This document shows, one piece after another, positions 59,724 to 64,000 of a DNA stretch of 64,000 bases. Both the position numbers and the translations under genes were made by a program. The number at the start of each line of letters is the position of its first letter. Positions within the stretch are counted from its first letter, which is position 1. The notes beneath the pieces are model-generated. The model ran no database searches, was not told the origin of the DNA, and saw only the letters and a list, made by a program, of their open reading frames with translations. Origin of the DNA: Clostridia bacterium (lineage in GTDB: Bacteria > Bacillota > Clostridia > UBA1381 > UMGS1253); NCBI GenBank assembly GCA_045652745.1, contig JAZRUW010000009.1, positions 23,865 to 87,864 of the forward strand, written 5' to 3'.

Positions 59724-60551
59724 TTAGTTTGCATCATAATAGTACACTCTGCCGTCCGCTGTGGTAATACGCCAAGACGGCATGGCGGAGGCGGATTTGT
59801 GATAGGTGCTTTTGTCTCCGGTTGTATAACCTAATGTAATATCTGTAATCTGTGTGGAAGATTGTGCGCGATTTTCGTCGGAAATAAAATCAATCAACAC
59901 CGAGGTGATTTCTTTTACGCGACCGCCGGCACTGCCGCCGGTCTGGTCATCGGTCATGTCAAACCAACAGCCAATGGCTTCGCGTACGCCTTTGGCATTG
60001 ACAATCAGTTTGATTTGGGAATCCAGGAGTGGATAGCGGTCGAGTTTTTGGGTAAAGAGTACCGCGACCTCGCTGGCGTTTTCCGCATACACCTGCGATT
60101 GCGCTTTTCGCAAATCCAAGCCGGCTTTGCTACAGAAGTTTTTTGCGATTTCCAAGGCACTTTGCGCATCTGCCGGTGTCGTTTTCTGTATGGGATTGAT
60201 ATTGATATAACTGAAAGTATCGCCTTCGAATCGAACGATGGATGTGCCGTACATATACTGGTTATGCTGCGCGTCAAAAGAGCCTTTGCCGCCGAGCAGT
60301 TTTTGGGCAAATGCCTTTTGGTCGGTTACGGTGTTTTGCACCTGTACGGCGCTGAGGTCCGGCATTTTGCGCACAATGGTTTGCGGCTCGACCGCAATGC
60401 CGTTTTTGGCAAGGATTGCAATGGTGTCCGTCACCATTTGTTCCGAAATGGTGGATTTGACTATATTTTCTTTTGCGATGGTAAACAGCAAGAACAGATT
60501 GATGCCGACAAAGAGCACAATCAGCCAGGTTTTTGTTCTTGACCAGTTCAT
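59724..60551 (-). CDS. yycI: YycI-family WalRK regulatory protein
   Basis: MNWSRTKTWLIVLFVGINLFL N-terminal anchor; C-terminal ITLGY...PSWRI. Confidence 0.7.
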   Translation of the reverse strand: MNWSRTKTWLIVLFVGINLFLLFTIAKENIVKSTISEQMVTDTIAILAKNGIAVEPQTIVRKMPDLSAVQVQNTVTDQKAFAQKLLGGKGSFDAQHNQYMYGTSIVRFEGDTFSYININPIQKTTPADAQSALEIAKNFCSKAGLDLRKAQSQVYAENASEVAVLFTQKLDRYPLLDSQIKLIVNAKGVREAIGCWFDMTDDQTGGSAGGRVKEITSVLIDFISDENRAQSSTQITDITLGYTTGDKSTYHKSASAMPSWRITTADGRVYYYDAN

Positions 60552-60608
60552 ATACACACCGCCTTTCTTCTAACATAATAGGAGTGGCCTGAGGCCACTC
60601 CTATTATA

Positions 60609-61439
60609 CTACTTTATGAAGCTAAATACAAGACAAACTATACCGACAAGGGCACAATAAATTGAAAAAAGGTAAAATCGGTTGTTTTTAAGCAGATTAA
60701 TCATAAATTTGATGGCCAGAACGCCGGAAATCATTGCGGCGATAAAGGCAATGATTGTCGGTACGAGTTCTACCGAAAAGGTACCGTCCATAATCAGACC
60801 TGCGCCCTCCAGCACCGCCGCGCCTAAAATAGCAGGCAGGGACATCAAAAATGCGAACTTGATGGCGAAATCTTTTTTGTAGCCGCAAGCGCGTGCGGCT
60901 GTGATGGTAGAGCCGCTGCGCGACAGTCCCGGCAGAAGTGCGCACGCCTGTGCAAGACCGATAAGCCATGCCGATTTGCCGCTTGCGTTCTTTGCGGTGT
61001 ACTTGCCGTCGCCAAAGCGGTCAACGATGTACATCAGCGTTGCCGTCAGTAAAAGGGTAAAGCCGACTACGGGCAAAACGGAGAGTTTTGCATCGAGGTC
61101 GAAAACCTTAAACAACGCACCGACCGCGATGGCGGGGATGGTTGCGTAAATGAGCAAAATCAGCATCCGGCGCTCGGGCGTTTTTACTTCGAATCTGCCG
61201 CGGCATATGTCGCCAATCCATAAAAAGGCTTCTTTGATGAGCATCCATACATCTTCTTTGTACATGATGCAAACCGAGATGAAGGTCGCAAGATGCAAAA
61301 GTACGGAAAATGCGTTGCCGTCTTCAATCTGAATGTTTAAAATGTTGCTGAAAATGACAATGTGTCCGGAACTCGATACCGGCAAAAACTCGGTCAAACC
61401 TTGTACCAGACCTAAAATTAAAGCCTCAAACCAATTCAT
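60609..61439 (-). CDS. uppP: Undecaprenyl-diphosphate phosphatase
   Basis: GLVQGLTEFLPVSSSGH and LPGLSRSGSTI. Confidence 0.95.
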   Translation of the reverse strand: MNWFEALILGLVQGLTEFLPVSSSGHIVIFSNILNIQIEDGNAFSVLLHLATFISVCIMYKEDVWMLIKEAFLWIGDICRGRFEVKTPERRMLILLIYATIPAIAVGALFKVFDLDAKLSVLPVVGFTLLLTATLMYIVDRFGDGKYTAKNASGKSAWLIGLAQACALLPGLSRSGSTITAARACGYKKDFAIKFAFLMSLPAILGAAVLEGAGLIMDGTFSVELVPTIIAFIAAMISGVLAIKFMINLLKNNRFYLFSIYCALVGIVCLVFSFIK

Positions 61440-61454
61440 AATAAACTCCTTTTT

Positions 61455-61850
61455 TTAAATTTCTATGCTGTCGGCGTGTTCTTTATGTGCCTTGAGCATT
61501 TCATGTGCACTTTTTTGATAACCGCGGATGCGCTCGCGCTCTGCTTCAGCGAGGGCATACAAACGGTCAAGCTCTGCCTGCGCAGCCGTTTGCAGCTCTT
61601 CGATTTCTGTGCGGGTTTGCGTAAGTAACTTTTCGCCTTCTCTTTGTGCGGTCAAAAGCGCATCGGAAATCAGACAGCGTTCCTGCTCAAAACGTGCGAG
61701 TTGTTCGCTTTGCGCATTCAGCTTCTCCGTCAGTTCGGCAATCTGTGTTTTGCCGGCTTCAATTTCTGCTTGCAGAGTGGCAATCTCGGCATCTACAAGT
61801 TTTTTATTGTAACCGCCCATAAAGGCTTTTTTAAACAATATGTCAGCCAT
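61455..61850 (-). CDS. DivIVA-like coiled-coil protein
   Basis: FKKAFMGGYNKKLVD N-terminus and ISDALLTAQ coiled coil. Confidence 0.55.
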   Translation of the reverse strand: MADILFKKAFMGGYNKKLVDAEIATLQAEIEAGKTQIAELTEKLNAQSEQLARFEQERCLISDALLTAQREGEKLLTQTRTEIEELQTAAQAELDRLYALAEAERERIRGYQKSAHEMLKAHKEHADSIEI

Positions 61851-61948
61851 TTGGCATACCCCCAATCCCTGTTTTGTGTAATTTCTACATGATTGAAACA
61901 ATTTCCTTCTTTTTTCCTTCGGAATTGAAAAAAACCTTCTATAAAGTA

Positions 61949-62002
61949 TTGACAGCGCATTTGGATTGTGGTATGATTCCATAGTGCGAATACAAATGTA
62001 TT
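61949..62002 (+). promoter_or_regulatory. Sigma-A promoter with a downstream palindrome (candidate operator) for the ACT-hom-aspartokinase operon
   Basis: TTGACA-17-TGnTATGAT (61949-61977); AATAC-AAAT-GTATT at 61989-62002. Confidence 0.65.
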
Positions 62003-62042
62003 TCTACCGCGTACAAAGATGCGGCGGTGCGGAGGTGAGTTT

Positions 62043-62486
62043 TTGGAGCGTCAAAATGAATATCTGATGATTGATACTGCGGTATTGCCGGAGATTTTTC
62101 AAAAGGTGATGGAAGCAAAACGGCTTTTGAAAAGCGGCGCTTGTCAAACGGCCTCGGAGGCGGCGGAAAAGTTGAAAATCAGCCGCTCGGCGTTTTACAA
62201 ATACAAAGACCGCGTATTTGAACTCGAAGAGATGGGTAAGGATAAAATCATTACGGTTTTATTTGAGGTGGCCGACCGGATGGGCGTACTGTCCTCGATA
62301 CTCAATGTTCTGGCCGGCGCACATACGAGTGTTCTGACTATCAACCAGAATATTCCGGTCAACCGCCTGGCGAGTATAACGATTTCTCTGCGCATCGGCG
62401 AAATGAATATGCGTGTAGATCAGCTCATCAAACAACTCCGTTTGGTGGATGGAGTAAAGCGTCTGGAAATTATCTCGGGCGAATAA
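62043..62486 (+). CDS. HTH+ACT domain protein (ThrR/PheB-like)
   Basis: LPEIFQKVMEAKRLL, ISRSAFYKYKD and GVLSSIL...TINQNIP. TTG start after GGAGGTGA. Confidence 0.85.
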   Translation: MERQNEYLMIDTAVLPEIFQKVMEAKRLLKSGACQTASEAAEKLKISRSAFYKYKDRVFELEEMGKDKIITVLFEVADRMGVLSSILNVLAGAHTSVLTINQNIPVNRLASITISLRIGEMNMRVDQLIKQLRLVDGVKRLEIISGE

Positions 62487-62517
62487 TAAATTACGAAACA
62501 GAAAGGCGTAAAAGATT

Positions 62518-63723
62518 ATGATTAAGATTGCAATACTCGGGTATGGAACGGTAGGGTCCGGCGTATACGATATTTTGGATACCAACGCCCAAGGCATTGA
62601 GCGCAAGGTCGGCAAAAAAATCGAAGTGGCGCATGTGCTGGATTTGCGTGATTTTGACACGCATCCGAGAAAAGAGATTTTTACAAAGGATTTCGATGTA
62701 ATTTTAAACGATGCTTCCGTCAGCATCGTGGTGGAAACCATCGGCGGTGTGGAACCGGCCTATACCTTTACAAAGAAGGCGCTTATGGCAGGTAAGAGCG
62801 TTGTGACGAGTAACAAGGAGCTTGTGGCAAAGTGCGGCACCGAGCTTCTGGCGATTGCCAAGGAAAAGAACGTAAACTATCTGTTTGAAGCCAGTGTCGG
62901 CGGCGGTATTCCGATTATCCGACCGCTCCACAAGTGCCTGGCGGCAAACAATGTTACCGAAATTTTCGGTATCTTGAACGGTACTACAAACTACATTTTA
63001 ACACAGATGATTCATAACAATAAAACGTTTGAGCAGGCGCTGTCCGAGGCGCAGGAGAAGGGCTATGCGGAGCGCAATCCGGCAGCTGACGTGGAAGGAC
63101 ATGACGCTTGCCGTAAAATCAGCATTTTGGCTTCGCTTGCATTCGGTACGGCGGTAGACAGCGAAAAAGTGTATACTGAGGGTATCACCAAGATTACCTT
63201 GGAGGATGTGAAGCTGGCCGATCGTTTGGGTTATGTGATTAAACTGATTGGTTATACGCAAAACAAGGACGGCAAGAGCCTTTGCCGCGTATCGCCGATG
63301 CTGATTAAGAAAGGCACACCGCTTGCGATGGTAGAAGATGTATTTAATGCCATCATGGTGCGCGGCGACAGCGTGGGCGATGTGATGTTCTACGGCAGAG
63401 GTGCCGGCAAGTTGCCGACGGCGAGTGCCGTACTCGGCGATGTGATTGATATCGCAACAGACAGCGCAAACAAAAACTTTATCTGGACAGACGGTGCAGA
63501 GGAAATGTGCGCAAGTCATCTTGAGGCAGAGGGTGCAATGTTTGTGCGCGCAGACGGTGTAAGCGTGGATGAAATCCGCGGCATATTCGGCGAGGACACC
63601 GTGTTTGCCGACAGCGACGAAGAGGTTTGCTTTATCGCACCTGTCGACACGGAAGCGCATATGATGGAAAAGATTGAAAAGCTCGCAGGCAGCATAAAGA
63701 GTTATATTCGCGTAATGAAGTAA
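62518..63723 (+). CDS. hom: Homoserine dehydrogenase
   Basis: [36 protein letters not shown] and [13 protein letters not shown]. Confidence 0.96.
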   Translation: MIKIAILGYGTVGSGVYDILDTNAQGIERKVGKKIEVAHVLDLRDFDTHPRKEIFTKDFDVILNDASVSIVVETIGGVEPAYTFTKKALMAGKSVVTSNKELVAKCGTELLAIAKEKNVNYLFEASVGGGIPIIRPLHKCLAANNVTEIFGILNGTTNYILTQMIHNNKTFEQALSEAQEKGYAERNPAADVEGHDACRKISILASLAFGTAVDSEKVYTEGITKITLEDVKLADRLGYVIKLIGYTQNKDGKSLCRVSPMLIKKGTPLAMVEDVFNAIMVRGDSVGDVMFYGRGAGKLPTASAVLGDVIDIATDSANKNFIWTDGAEEMCASHLEAEGAMFVRADGVSVDEIRGIFGEDTVFADSDEEVCFIAPVDTEAHMMEKIEKLAGSIKSYIRVMK

Positions 63724-63736
63724 GGGGGAGAATACA

Positions 63737-64000
63737 GTGGGTTTGGTAGTACAAAAATTCGGCGGCAGCTCCGTTGCCAATGCCGAGAGAGTGTTTAATG
63801 TGGCAAGCATCATCACGGACAAATACAAAGAGGGCAACCAGGTGGTGGTTGTTGTATCCGCACAGGGCGATACCACGGATGATTTGATTGAAAAGGCAAA
63901 GGAAATCAGCGAAAGACCGTCTAAAAGAGAAATGGATATGCTTTTGGCGACCGGTGAGCAGATTTCGATTTCACTTCTGGCCATGGCAATTGAAAAGCTC
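63737..64000 (+). CDS. lysC: Aspartate kinase, 3'-truncated by the window edge
   Basis: GTG start; [14 protein letters not shown]...[14 protein letters not shown]...[14 protein letters not shown]. Confidence 0.9.
   Translation, partial: MGLVVQKFGGSSVANAERVFNVASIITDKYKEGNQVVVVVSAQGDTTDDLIEKAKEISERPSKREMDMLLATGEQISISLLAMAIEKL

Overview
A 64-kb chromosomal segment from a spore-forming Clostridia-type Firmicute (spoIIAA-spoIIAB-sigF, spoIIM-xerD, noc, yycI, csaB), carrying about 56 CDS plus one pseudogene. I saw no rRNA, tRNA, CRISPR array, transposase or prophage genes. Gene content: the tail of a glycosyltransferase/acyltransferase locus with an EAL protein; sugar-processing genes (beta-propeller glycosidase, GH13, AraC plus NahK-like kinase, PTS IICBA); housekeeping genes (tex, lepA, hemW, glyA, nth, pgm, cysK, gdhA, rsmG, folD, hom, aspartokinase); and a secondary-cell-wall-polymer cluster with two fused enzymes, plus a second murJ locus. 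The most unusual signal is non-coding. It is a dispersed family of mosaic intergenic elements built from about 108-bp imperfect palindromes and a hairpin with a conserved 12-nt loop (GRCGAGWGTTCT-like), at about 18.8, 46.6-46.9, 52.5-52.8 and 54.9 kb, resembling a BIME/REPIN-like system. Other candidates: an attenuator-like leader without a PyrR motif upstream of a uracil permease, four operator repeats with exact 21-bp periodicity between the AraC gene and the kinase, an orphan promoter/operator/terminator unit (possible sRNA), and an amidohydrolase-N-acyltransferase fusion. All calls come from reading the sequence by eye; no database searches were run.
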